Shown here piece after piece: positions 29,914-37,917 of a stretch of DNA of 64,000 nucleotides (positions are counted from its first letter, which is position 1; each line of letters starts with the position of its first letter). A model generated the notes under the pieces. The model had not been told where the DNA came from and searched no databases. It worked only from the letters and a program-made list of their open reading frames with translations. The translations under genes were made by a program, and so were the position numbers. Source of the stretch: Candidatus Falkowbacteria bacterium (GTDB lineage Bacteria; Patescibacteriota; Patescibacteriia; UBA11705; JACRDX01); NCBI GenBank assembly GCA_043798985.1, contig JAZDOE010000002.1:22500-86499 (forward strand). The letters run 5' to 3'.

Positions 29914-30132
29914 TTAATCCTCAAAAAAATCACTTTCTCCCAGCCCCGATTGAAGCAAAATTGATTGAAATGTCCCGTACGGAATTTCCTTTTTTGTCAT
30001 TTTAAGGGTTACGTTTTTCGTCGGGTTTCCTATTTTACGAAATCGCGCATGCGATCCCTTTTGACGCACAAAAAAGAAGCCCTTTTCATTAAGGACTCTC
30101 AATATCAAACTGAGTAGAACTGGCTTAGGCAT
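29914..30132 (-). CDS. hicA: HicA-family toxin (mRNA interferase)
   Basis: FVRQKGSHARF...VTL...IPYGTFQSILLQSGL matches HicA pattern. Confidence 0.7.
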   Translation of the reverse strand: MPKPVLLSLILRVLNEKGFFFVRQKGSHARFRKIGNPTKNVTLKMTKKEIPYGTFQSILLQSGLGESDFFED

Positions 30133-30343
30133 ACTTTACTGCAAGCGACACCAAATCAGGTCTCTCCACCTTATTAATTTTGGAAACAGGAATATCTTCC
30201 AAATGTAATTCCAACGCTTCTTGCAAGCTATCCAGCGCTTCTTTCTTCGTATCACCAAAACTGGAAATTGCAGTATTCAGATTCCACGCAACGTAATTTT
30301 TCCCCTCTTTCCAAACAACATTTTTTAGCTCTATTTTATGCAT
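30125..30343 (-). CDS. hicB: HicB/UPF0150-family antitoxin
   Basis: SSFGDTKKEALDSLQEALELHLED pattern; 8 nt overlap with hicA. Confidence 0.6.
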   Translation of the reverse strand: MHKIELKNVVWKEGKNYVAWNLNTAISSFGDTKKEALDSLQEALELHLEDIPVSKINKVERPDLVSLAVKYA

Positions 30344-30531
30344 ATATTTTTCAATGCTTATATTTTAATGTTACCAAAACAGAAGAAACAAGTCAAATGA
30401 TTACTTAAACGCGATAATTTGATACCCAAATTTTTCATGTCAGAACAACGGCCGCGCCGGAAAAAGGCAAAGCCAACAAAGTGCTGATTAACTTGCTAAG
30501 CGAATATTTAGATGTGCCGAAATCATTGAAA

Positions 30532-31038
30532 TTATTTTAGCAAATCGCTATACGATCCATTAATTCTTTTATACTTTCCAAAATTCAATAAACCAATCGC
30601 TCCTTGATGCTCTTTTTGCGCTTGCTCTAAAGAAATATTTTTCACGACTGTTTCAAGCTCAAGAAAATTGCCCAATTTATTCACCCTGTCTAAATGGATC
30701 CTGGTGTTTTTATAAATCCACAACTCTCTTTTCTTTTTTACAACAACTTTCACTCCATAAGCTCGACCAAAAATCCGCTTCATAGTGTTAAGCTGGCACG
30801 GTTTAAGCCGAAACATTTCATAATCTGAAATCTTAGATCGCTTTTTATCAGAACGCTGATAAAAGAGTATTTCAAATTCTTTGTTATTTATTTCCCTGAT
30901 CTTCAATCTCCCTTTTTGACAAGTATAATATGTATCAATTTGCCGTAAAACACCAATGGGTTTTGCGCTATTTTTTTTTAACAATTTTTTTATTTCATTA
31001 AAATTTTTTACTGCAACTTTTAGTTCAATGTTTTTCAT
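30532..31038 (-). CDS. CYTH-domain protein (class IV adenylate cyclase / triphosphate tunnel metalloenzyme-like)
   Basis: IELKVAV...RLKIREI...ELETVV beta-strand pattern typical of CYTH. Confidence 0.55.
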   Translation of the reverse strand: MKNIELKVAVKNFNEIKKLLKKNSAKPIGVLRQIDTYYTCQKGRLKIREINNKEFEILFYQRSDKKRSKISDYEMFRLKPCQLNTMKRIFGRAYGVKVVVKKKRELWIYKNTRIHLDRVNKLGNFLELETVVKNISLEQAQKEHQGAIGLLNFGKYKRINGSYSDLLK

Positions 31039-31856
31039 ATGGTTTTAAGATATTTAATGCCTTCTGCGGCGCCCTCAAATAAGGGTTTATTATACCTTTG
31101 TAGAATTTGTTTTAATAACTCCATTTGGCCAGATTTTTCAATCCTATAGAAAATATTTCCTTGCGGCATCCAGTGTGGTTGCAATTTTTCAATTTTCAGC
31201 CCCGACAAATCAGTTAGCAAAGGATGCTCTAAACTTTTTAAATATAAAGGGCCAGAATAAAAGCCGAAACAGCAATCCTTAGTTTTGGCAACGACCTCTT
31301 CCAGCTCCTCATCTGACAATGTTGGCAAAAGAGGTCTTAAGGCAACAAGTGTCTTTATTCCGGCATCAAAAGCTCGCCTCAAGGTTTCAATCCTTTTTTC
31401 AGGATTAGGAACTTTTGGCTCCCATTTTCCCGCAGAATCAGTACATAAAATTGACACGGAAAAAGCTAATATATTTCCTTGCTCGCTTACTCTTTCTGCA
31501 ATCTCTTTCAGTCTCCTAATATACTCTTTTGATAAAGTCAATTTTGTAATTACTGAGATATCCCTTTTCTTTTGCGCTAATCTCTCAAGAATTGCCAATG
31601 CTTCTTTTTTATATTGTAAAAATTCCGTATCGCAACCAAGCATTATTAATTTTATTTCATCGGGTAGCCGATCAATTAGTTCAAACTGTTTTTCCGACAG
31701 ATATGCCACTCCCCTTTGCTGATTAAAATTAAGATCGTCAACAAAACAATATCGACAGTTTAGCGGACAACTTAGCTGGGAATAAGTTAAAACTCTATCT
31801 TTATCAAATTTTAAACCATGTTCTTCAAATTCACTTTTTTCAAATTTCATAATCAA
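31035..31856 (-). CDS. radical SAM protein, SplB-like family (paralog of 13822-14622)
   Basis: CPLNCRYCF motif; shared C-terminal pattern with 13822 protein (ETL..G......RP.LP.L.D). Confidence 0.7.
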   Translation of the reverse strand: MIMKFEKSEFEEHGLKFDKDRVLTYSQLSCPLNCRYCFVDDLNFNQQRGVAYLSEKQFELIDRLPDEIKLIMLGCDTEFLQYKKEALAILERLAQKKRDISVITKLTLSKEYIRRLKEIAERVSEQGNILAFSVSILCTDSAGKWEPKVPNPEKRIETLRRAFDAGIKTLVALRPLLPTLSDEELEEVVAKTKDCCFGFYSGPLYLKSLEHPLLTDLSGLKIEKLQPHWMPQGNIFYRIEKSGQMELLKQILQRYNKPLFEGAAEGIKYLKTI

Positions 31857-31958
31857 TAAAATTCAATTACTCTCCACTATACAGAATAACCTATTTTGAT
31901 TAATACGTAAAATCCTCTTAGCGCGAGAAACTTGAGGGTTAGACAATAAAACAAAAAA

Positions 31959-31985
31959 CCCGCTCAACAATGTGAGCGGGTTTTG
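31959..31985. terminator. bidirectional Rho-independent terminator (CCCGCTCA...TGAGCGGG flanked by A/T tracts)
   Basis: seen directly. Confidence 0.55.
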
Positions 31986-32154
31986 ATTATCAAACCGGAT
32001 AAACCGGCCACACGGAATTTAGCAATGTTTCTTTGCCCGGAAGCTCCGGCAAATACCTGACACTCATAAACTCTGAACGCGTCAGTCCCGACACTGAACC
32101 CTAATCAAGATTGCGAATGGCCGGAACCATTCCTTCTGCAGTAACAGTGTCTCA

Positions 32155-32256
32155 ACAATTTTTTCCAAAATCGCAGGATTAACCAAAAAATTCTGCCCCA
32201 AATTATGTTTTGGCTTTATTCCGTATTTTTTCATTATCAACCCGATATTCTGCATA
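32155..32256. repeat. direct repeat copy 2 of ksgA 5' end (encodes MQNIGLIMKKYGIKPKHNLGQNFLVNPAILEKIV then diverges)
   Basis: direct comparison with 29807-29910. Confidence 0.9.
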
Positions 32257-32267
32257 ATTACATAGCG

Positions 32268-32330
32268 CGCGAAGGAATGTCATTTCGAACCCTTAAAAAG
32301 GGTGAGAAATCCCTTCGCATAATTGCCTTA
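32268..32330. repeat. compact palindromic element GCGAAGGAATGTCATTTCGAACCC...GGGTGAGAAATCCCTTCGC
   Basis: related to 17830-17935. Confidence 0.55.
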
Positions 32331-32588
32331 CTTAAACGCGATGATCTGATATCCGTATTTTTCAACATCCTCCCTTGACCAAAATTTCATGTCTTTTGTC
32401 TTTGCGACATAAGTCACTTCTTTTTCAAGCGTCCTGCCGGTAAATTCTTTTGTTTCAGGATTCCACTCCTGCAAAACCAAAATGTCGCCCTCGTTGCATT
32501 CCCAATCTGCAAGTCGTAATTCGTAAGTTTTTTTGCCTTCCAGAATCTTTTGAAAATACTCTGGCCAAACCTTTTTTTCGTGTCGCAT
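32328..32588 (-). CDS. ASCH/DUF3850-like PUA-fold protein
   Basis: small beta-rich ORF with ASCH-like pattern; a degraded copy of its 3' end lies at 30403-30440. Confidence 0.55.
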   Translation of the reverse strand: MRHEKKVWPEYFQKILEGKKTYELRLADWECNEGDILVLQEWNPETKEFTGRTLEKEVTYVAKTKDMKFWSREDVEKYGYQIIAFK

Positions 32589-32648
32589 ATTGATCGCGCG
32601 CCATTCAGATAAAATCTGGATGGCATTTTTTATTCCATCTTCAAACTA

Positions 32649-32882
32649 TCAATAAACACATGTCGCAAACATTCCATTTCCAATCGGCAACTCAAACTTT
32701 CCAATACCTATCACGATTCTTTTGCTCTTGCATACCATCAAATTATTACCACTCGCGTCAGAAGTCACTGTTTCCAGTCTAAGTATTCCCAACAAACAAA
32801 GAAGAACGACAATCCCAATAATAATCAAGGCCACAATGCCTACTGTTTTTATTACTGAAAATTTTGAATTTTTCTTAATCAT
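32649..32882 (-). CDS. small hypothetical membrane protein
   Basis: one TM helix; low information. Confidence 0.35.
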   Translation of the reverse strand: MIKKNSKFSVIKTVGIVALIIIGIVVLLCLLGILRLETVTSDASGNNLMVCKSKRIVIGIGKFELPIGNGMFATCVY

Positions 32883-32884
32883 AT

Positions 32885-33730
32885 TTATTTTTTCTTTTTC
32901 CGTGGCTTACTCAATAATAAAAAATTCCGTCCCGTCACTACTCGCTTCCCTGTTTTTTGTTCAAGCGCGACTCGCGCGTCTTTTGCTATGTTCCCGCCCT
33001 TTTGCGCGGGAATTTTATTTTCTTCAAGCCCCTTTGTCTTCATTGTCTCGGCAATTTGTCTTGTGGAAAGTTCCGCCAACGCAGTGAATATCAATTCCGC
33101 GTCTGTCATGTGATCGCGCAAATTCTGCGTTTTAAGATTTTTAAAATTTTTATGTTCCTTAATTGATAAGCCGCTCCATTCTTCATGAATAATGTTTGTC
33201 AGGATTGCATATTCCGCTTGTCTCTTAACATCATGGTTTTGCCAATAATCAGTCAATTTATTCCGAACCTCTTGCCCCATCATCCGCTGTTGAATCCATT
33301 TTTTGTCTCGTCCTTGTTTTTGCCAATATTCTCGCGACCGATTCAGCGCTTTTTCCGGATCAGCCATTTCTTGCATTCGCTCGTAGCCAACCTTCGCGAG
33401 CCAAAGTTTAATCCGCTCCGCCTTTTTACTCGGAACAGACTGAACTAATCTCAGAATTGTCTCTACGTTGGCAATGTCTGTTTCGCGCATTTTCCCGTCT
33501 TGCGCTACCATTTTCAACCGGTGACATTTTGTCACCACTTCACTTCCCTCGTTTTTCAACCGTTCTGCCAGCTTGTTCCAATACTTTCTCGCCATCTGAA
33601 AATCTGTTTGTCCTATCAACGCCGCGACAATATCAATCACCGAAAAATACCACGTCTCGGTTTTTTCATCATAATGTCGACGAATTTTAAAATTCTCAAA
33701 AATCGCCAATGAACTTAAATTATCGCGCAT
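32885..33730 (-). CDS. Bro-N domain plus DinD-like (DNA-damage-inducible protein D) protein, phage-associated
   Basis: N-terminus FENFKIRRHYDEKTETWYFSVIDIVAAL (Bro-N pattern); C-terminal half similar to E. coli DinD. Confidence 0.7.
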   Translation of the reverse strand: MRDNLSSLAIFENFKIRRHYDEKTETWYFSVIDIVAALIGQTDFQMARKYWNKLAERLKNEGSEVVTKCHRLKMVAQDGKMRETDIANVETILRLVQSVPSKKAERIKLWLAKVGYERMQEMADPEKALNRSREYWQKQGRDKKWIQQRMMGQEVRNKLTDYWQNHDVKRQAEYAILTNIIHEEWSGLSIKEHKNFKNLKTQNLRDHMTDAELIFTALAELSTRQIAETMKTKGLEENKIPAQKGGNIAKDARVALEQKTGKRVVTGRNFLLLSKPRKKKK

Positions 33731-33741
33731 ATCCTAATTTT

Positions 33742-33948
33742 TTATTTTGTGCCAATTTTCTTGCGACATTTTTTACTGCCGCACATGCATTCAAACGGCA
33801 CATCTGATTCAGGCAATGCCTCGGCCTGTTCTCTCGTTAAAATCTTTTTGGGTCTCCATTTGATTACAATGTCGCCCTTTTTAAAATCCCGCGCAGCAAA
33901 AACTCCCTTGCCCTGAATTTTTGATTTTTTGATAATAATAGCTTGCAT
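33742..33948 (-). CDS. mini SET-domain protein or fragment (N-SET GKGVFA plus post-SET CxCxxxxC only)
   Basis: IQGKGVFAARDFKKGDIV and FECMCGSKKCRKK motifs; lacks NHSC core. Confidence 0.5.
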   Translation of the reverse strand: MQAIIIKKSKIQGKGVFAARDFKKGDIVIKWRPKKILTREQAEALPESDVPFECMCGSKKCRKKIGTK

Positions 33949-33969
33949 AATCAGCGTTTGAAAATAAAA

Positions 33970-34413
33970 TTATTCCGCCAGTATCCCCCCGCAAACAAGA
34001 TATTCTCTGCCATCTATAGAATCCCGACCTTCAAATATCTTCAATCTATCTTGTTTTATCCCTAAAGATTCCTCAATTAAAACCGCCTCAATATCCCCTG
34101 CAAATGCTCCATCTATACTATCTATCCCCAACATTGGCATCGATCTAAATGTACAAATAGATTTAGCAAATTGGTCGGGTTTATCATCAAAGACAACCTG
34201 CACAATATATGCTTTTGCAGATTCTGAATACCAAACAATCGTTTCTTTGTGACCGACGCACGAAGATTCAACTCTTTCAAACTCAACCTTATCCAAAGCA
34301 ATAAAATCATCCTTAGACAAACGCTCTGCCTTGGTAGGATTTAATACTTTATCTGGGATCGCACGATATCCAATTGGGCTCATATTTGAATACTTAAAGA
34401 GCCATTTTATCAT
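33970..34413 (-). CDS. hypothetical protein, paralogous domain with next gene
   Basis: shared segment IV.YSE..KAYIVQVVFDDKPDQF vs EIVRVIFRDKPDHIFEAWIYE. Confidence 0.5.
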   Translation of the reverse strand: MIKWLFKYSNMSPIGYRAIPDKVLNPTKAERLSKDDFIALDKVEFERVESSCVGHKETIVWYSESAKAYIVQVVFDDKPDQFAKSICTFRSMPMLGIDSIDGAFAGDIEAVLIEESLGIKQDRLKIFEGRDSIDGREYLVCGGILAE

Positions 34414-34996
34414 TTTTTAACAATTTACCAAAAGCTTTAATTATTGCCTTCTCCTCACTTTCTGGCATTATCGAGCTGCAAAAACTTCTTAAATCAAGCG
34501 TTCCGTCAGCTAATTCATAAATCCACGCCTCAAAAATGTGATCGGGCTTGTCTCTAAAAATAACGCGAACGATTTCCCCTCCATATTTTGCCAGTTCCAT
34601 TTGAAAAGCAACATATTTGCCTGATAAATATTCTTCAAATTTGGAAAAACCGCAATTCGGCAAACCTTCTGTCTGCGTATCTGTCCCGCTATTATTCAGA
34701 TAATTTTTTATTCCCTGCCGAATGTATTTAACAGAGGGTTCCAAGTTGATCCCGTCCAAATAGCTCAACTCCTGTTCCGTAAATTCTTCAACATCATCGA
34801 GATTAAACGCGCTCGAATTCGCGTCGGGCATAGGCGCAACAACAACCTCGGCAATTTTTTCGATTTCAGGCGATATTGTCGGCTTTTTTATTGAAACGCA
34901 CACGAAAACAGCGAGCGCAGCGATGAATATTAACAAAAAATAAAATCCGCGCGTTTTATAAAATTCTTTTTTAAAATATCGTGAGATGTTAGACAT
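34394..34996 (-). CDS. membrane-anchored hypothetical protein (N-terminal TM) sharing a C-terminal domain with 33970-34413
   Basis: TM helix FYFLLIFIAALAVFV; paralogy seen directly. Confidence 0.5.
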   Translation of the reverse strand: MSNISRYFKKEFYKTRGFYFLLIFIAALAVFVCVSIKKPTISPEIEKIAEVVVAPMPDANSSAFNLDDVEEFTEQELSYLDGINLEPSVKYIRQGIKNYLNNSGTDTQTEGLPNCGFSKFEEYLSGKYVAFQMELAKYGGEIVRVIFRDKPDHIFEAWIYELADGTLDLRSFCSSIMPESEEKAIIKAFGKLLKNDKMAL

Positions 34997-35069
34997 ATTG
35001 CGCGCAAGCGCCCTTTTTACAACCAGCTAATTGTCCCTCAATAAATTGTTCTTTTTCCATAGATCAAGT

Positions 35070-35912
35070 TTATTTATCCGCATTAAACATCTGTTTCGCC
35101 CAATTCTCCACCTTGTCATTATCCTCAATTACAAATTCCTGCCCGATAGCTGCCGACTGAAAATACCCACGCCTTGTCCAAGATTGTGCCGAATGATAAC
35201 TTATTTCTACTTTTTTAAATAAAGCTGGCAAATCCCATCTTGACTTTGACATCCCATCTTTTGTAAGAACTAAACTATTGTCAAAGCTAAATACGCCGGC
35301 GCCGGACTTATTTTCATCCCAACTCAACTTATCCCTTGCAATATATATGGTATTAGTAGGATTTTTCTTTCTATCCTCATTTTTCGCATGAGGATGCGGG
35401 CGCATCCATGCAGGAATTTTCGTTGTAGTATTCACTTGTAATGTTTGGCCAATTTGAAGGTAGCCCCAAATAATATGCAAATCTGGTGCAGATCTATCAA
35501 ATTGCAGAATCCCATTTTTAACGACCGTTTGCTTGAACCAACCAAAAAATAAAAACAAATCACCTTTTTTCACTCCCTCATTTTGCAAATGCACTTGCGC
35601 CTGATTAATTTGTCCGAAACAGGGTTTCCAATTTTTACTTCTTTTGATGCTCCCTCTGTATATATCTGGATCAAAGTGGCATTTCGTGTTTTTAGTCAGC
35701 CCACAGACACTTCCATTATGCCTTATTTTAATTTCCAGCTGCTTCATTAAATCAAAATAGGTTTGTCCATCATCTATTTTTAAATCAGAATACTTATCAC
35801 AATCTTGGTCAGACGGAATTGGCAGAGAAATCATTTTGCCATTCGGCAGAATTGGGCTTGGGTATCCGCCCCAGGCCGAATCAAATCCTTTGCGACTTAA
35901 TATGACTTTCAT
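35070..35912 (-). CDS. hypothetical protein (280 aa), conserved-looking N-terminus SRKGFDSAWGGYPSPI
   Basis: clean ORF; family not recognised. Confidence 0.55.
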   Translation of the reverse strand: MKVILSRKGFDSAWGGYPSPILPNGKMISLPIPSDQDCDKYSDLKIDDGQTYFDLMKQLEIKIRHNGSVCGLTKNTKCHFDPDIYRGSIKRSKNWKPCFGQINQAQVHLQNEGVKKGDLFLFFGWFKQTVVKNGILQFDRSAPDLHIIWGYLQIGQTLQVNTTTKIPAWMRPHPHAKNEDRKKNPTNTIYIARDKLSWDENKSGAGVFSFDNSLVLTKDGMSKSRWDLPALFKKVEISYHSAQSWTRRGYFQSAAIGQEFVIEDNDKVENWAKQMFNADK

Positions 35913-36044
35913 TTTATTAGTAATCTAATTTTTCAACCTCGCTTCAATGAACGCGGCAATGTCGCCACCGCAAAATTATCCACAATCCATTGACGTTAAA
36001 CCTTTTTATATGCTATACTTCTCTTGTAGGAGTAATCCTATTAA

Positions 36045-36749
36045 TCACGCGGTCCCGCCCAAAGCGGGATTTTCGCTTTTCAGATAAACCCTCTTACCAG
36101 TATACAATCTCCCAAAATCAATATATTTGTCCTTAATAACGTGCAATTCTTCTGCAACTTTTCCGCGAACGCCAACAACCCCAATTTTCTTTTCCTTAAT
36201 CTTCAAGCGCGCCAACGGCGCGCACATATCAGAATCACCAGAAAACAGCATAATCGCGGTAAATTTTTCCGCATCATCCAACATGTCTATGGCCATTTCA
36301 ACATCAAAATTACATTTGGGATTCTCTATAATGACGCCCGCTTTATGTAGCGCATTAATTAACTCTTGAATCTTATTTCTAATTGCTCCATCAAATAATG
36401 TTATTGTTTTGCGCTGGAAAAACAATCCCTCATTAATTTCTTTGGAAATGAATTTCATTGGTTTACACTTTAAAATTGCGCCGGTTCTTTTTATCCTATC
36501 ATGAAAGGCCTCGGAATTCTTTAAATCTCTGCCATTTTTTCCATAATAAACCTTGACCTCTTTAATGCTCGGAAATGCAAAAAGTTGTTCAATGACATCT
36601 TCTATTCTAAATCTCCAACCCAAAACATTTTGCCAATGAAACATATTCGTCAAGTCCAAATATGCAAAAATAGCGGTTTTCTCGTTTATCCAATCTAAAT
36701 AATCGTTTCTAACAATAAACTTATTTTTAATATCTTGCGGGATTTCCAT
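36045..36749 (-). CDS. NYN/LabA-like (PIN-like RNase fold) domain protein
   Basis: NFDVEMAIDMLDDAEKFTAIMLFSGDSDM pattern typical of NYN domains. Confidence 0.65.
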   Translation of the reverse strand: MEIPQDIKNKFIVRNDYLDWINEKTAIFAYLDLTNMFHWQNVLGWRFRIEDVIEQLFAFPSIKEVKVYYGKNGRDLKNSEAFHDRIKRTGAILKCKPMKFISKEINEGLFFQRKTITLFDGAIRNKIQELINALHKAGVIIENPKCNFDVEMAIDMLDDAEKFTAIMLFSGDSDMCAPLARLKIKEKKIGVVGVRGKVAEELHVIKDKYIDFGRLYTGKRVYLKSENPALGGTA

Positions 36750-36753
36750 AAAA

Positions 36754-37914
36754 TTATTTCACGGTATTTTTCAACCTCGCCTCAATGAAATTCTCAATAT
36801 CGCCATCCAATACGGAGTCAACATCTGAAGTTTCAATTTCTGTGCGATGATCTTTGACCATTTTGTACGGTTGCAAAACATACGAACGAATCTGATTACC
36901 CCAACTGGCCTCGGTATACTCGCCACGCAAAGCTTTTTTCTCCTCCTCTTTTTTTGCCTCATTATATTGCCGCACTTTTGATTGCAAAACCCGCATGGCA
37001 ATTTTTTTGTTTTGCGCCTGCGAACGCTCGTTTTGGCAAGTGACAACAATCCCAGTCGCCAAATGAGTAATGCGAACAGCCGAATCGGTTGTGTTCACGC
37101 TTTGCCCGCCATGCCCGCCAGAACGAAAAACATCAACCTTGATTTCATCGTCTTTAATCGCCAACTCCGCGGTTTCCGGAAAAATCGGCAAAACCTGCGC
37201 CAATGCAAACGATGTGTGCCGCATTTTTTCCGCGTCAAAAGGAGAAATACGCACCAACCGATGCACACCAGCCTCGCATTTCAAATAACCATAAGCAAAA
37301 TCACCATCAACTTCAACTTCAACGCTTTTGATTCCAGCTTCAGCGCCGCTGGATATCCACAAAATTTTTGTCTTCCAGCGGCGCTTTTCACAAAATCGCA
37401 AATACATTCGCAAAAGCATTTCCGCCCAATCCTGCGCGTCAGTGCCTCCGGCGCCGGAGTTAATTGAAAAAATCGCGCCATAAGAATCATATGGCGCAGA
37501 AAGCAACAATGATGTTTCCATCTTTTTAAAATCCGCTTCAATCTTTTGCGCCTCAATCACCCAATCTTCCGGCAGCTCGTCCTTATCACCAGCCCGCTTC
37601 GCAGGAGCTCCCGCTTCGACCGCGAAGCGAGGCGAGTCAGCCTGCCTCGCCGAGTCAAGGCGGGCGAGGCGAGCCAGTTCCAAAAACGCGGCCGTGCGTT
37701 CGCGCAATTCCAGCCACGCGCTAATTTCTTTTTCCAGCCGCGCCAGCTCTTGGTTCAGCGCGGCTGCTTTTTGCGCGTCTTTCCAAAAATCCGGCCGCGT
37801 CATTTTTTCATGTAATTCAACAATCCGCTTTTGCTTTTCATCCAATTTCAAAATCCCAATCGCTTGTTTGATTTTTTCAGCTATCTGCTCAATTGTTTTA
37901 TATAATTCAGTCAT
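36754..37914 (-). CDS. prfB: peptide chain release factor 2, single continuous frame (no programmed frameshift), with 26-aa in-frame GC-rich repeat insertion
   Basis: SPF and GGQ motifs; ORF continuous from ATG. Confidence 0.9.
   Translation of the reverse strand: MTELYKTIEQIAEKIKQAIGILKLDEKQKRIVELHEKMTRPDFWKDAQKAAALNQELARLEKEISAWLELRERTAAFLELARLARLDSARQADSPRFAVEAGAPAKRAGDKDELPEDWVIEAQKIEADFKKMETSLLLSAPYDSYGAIFSINSGAGGTDAQDWAEMLLRMYLRFCEKRRWKTKILWISSGAEAGIKSVEVEVDGDFAYGYLKCEAGVHRLVRISPFDAEKMRHTSFALAQVLPIFPETAELAIKDDEIKVDVFRSGGHGGQSVNTTDSAVRITHLATGIVVTCQNERSQAQNKKIAMRVLQSKVRQYNEAKKEEEKKALRGEYTEASWGNQIRSYVLQPYKMVKDHRTEIETSDVDSVLDGDIENFIEARLKNTVK
37591..37680. repeat. GC-rich (about 70%) repeat module inserted in-frame in prfB (encodes ARLARLDSARQADSPRFAVEAGAPAKRAGD)
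   Basis: 38-nt exact match GTCAGCCTGCCTCGCCGAGTCAAGGCGGGCGAGGCGAG to reverse complement at 41929-42007; related modules at 62861-63010. Confidence 0.8.
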
Positions 37915-37917
37915 AAA

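Noticed and set aside
31857-32157. tRNA or SRP RNA in the spacer between rSAM gene and second ksgA repeat
   Set aside because: No cloverleaf-compatible acceptor/T-arm pattern (GGTTCGAATCC-like) on either strand. The CCGGAAGC segment is too short to call SRP domain IV.
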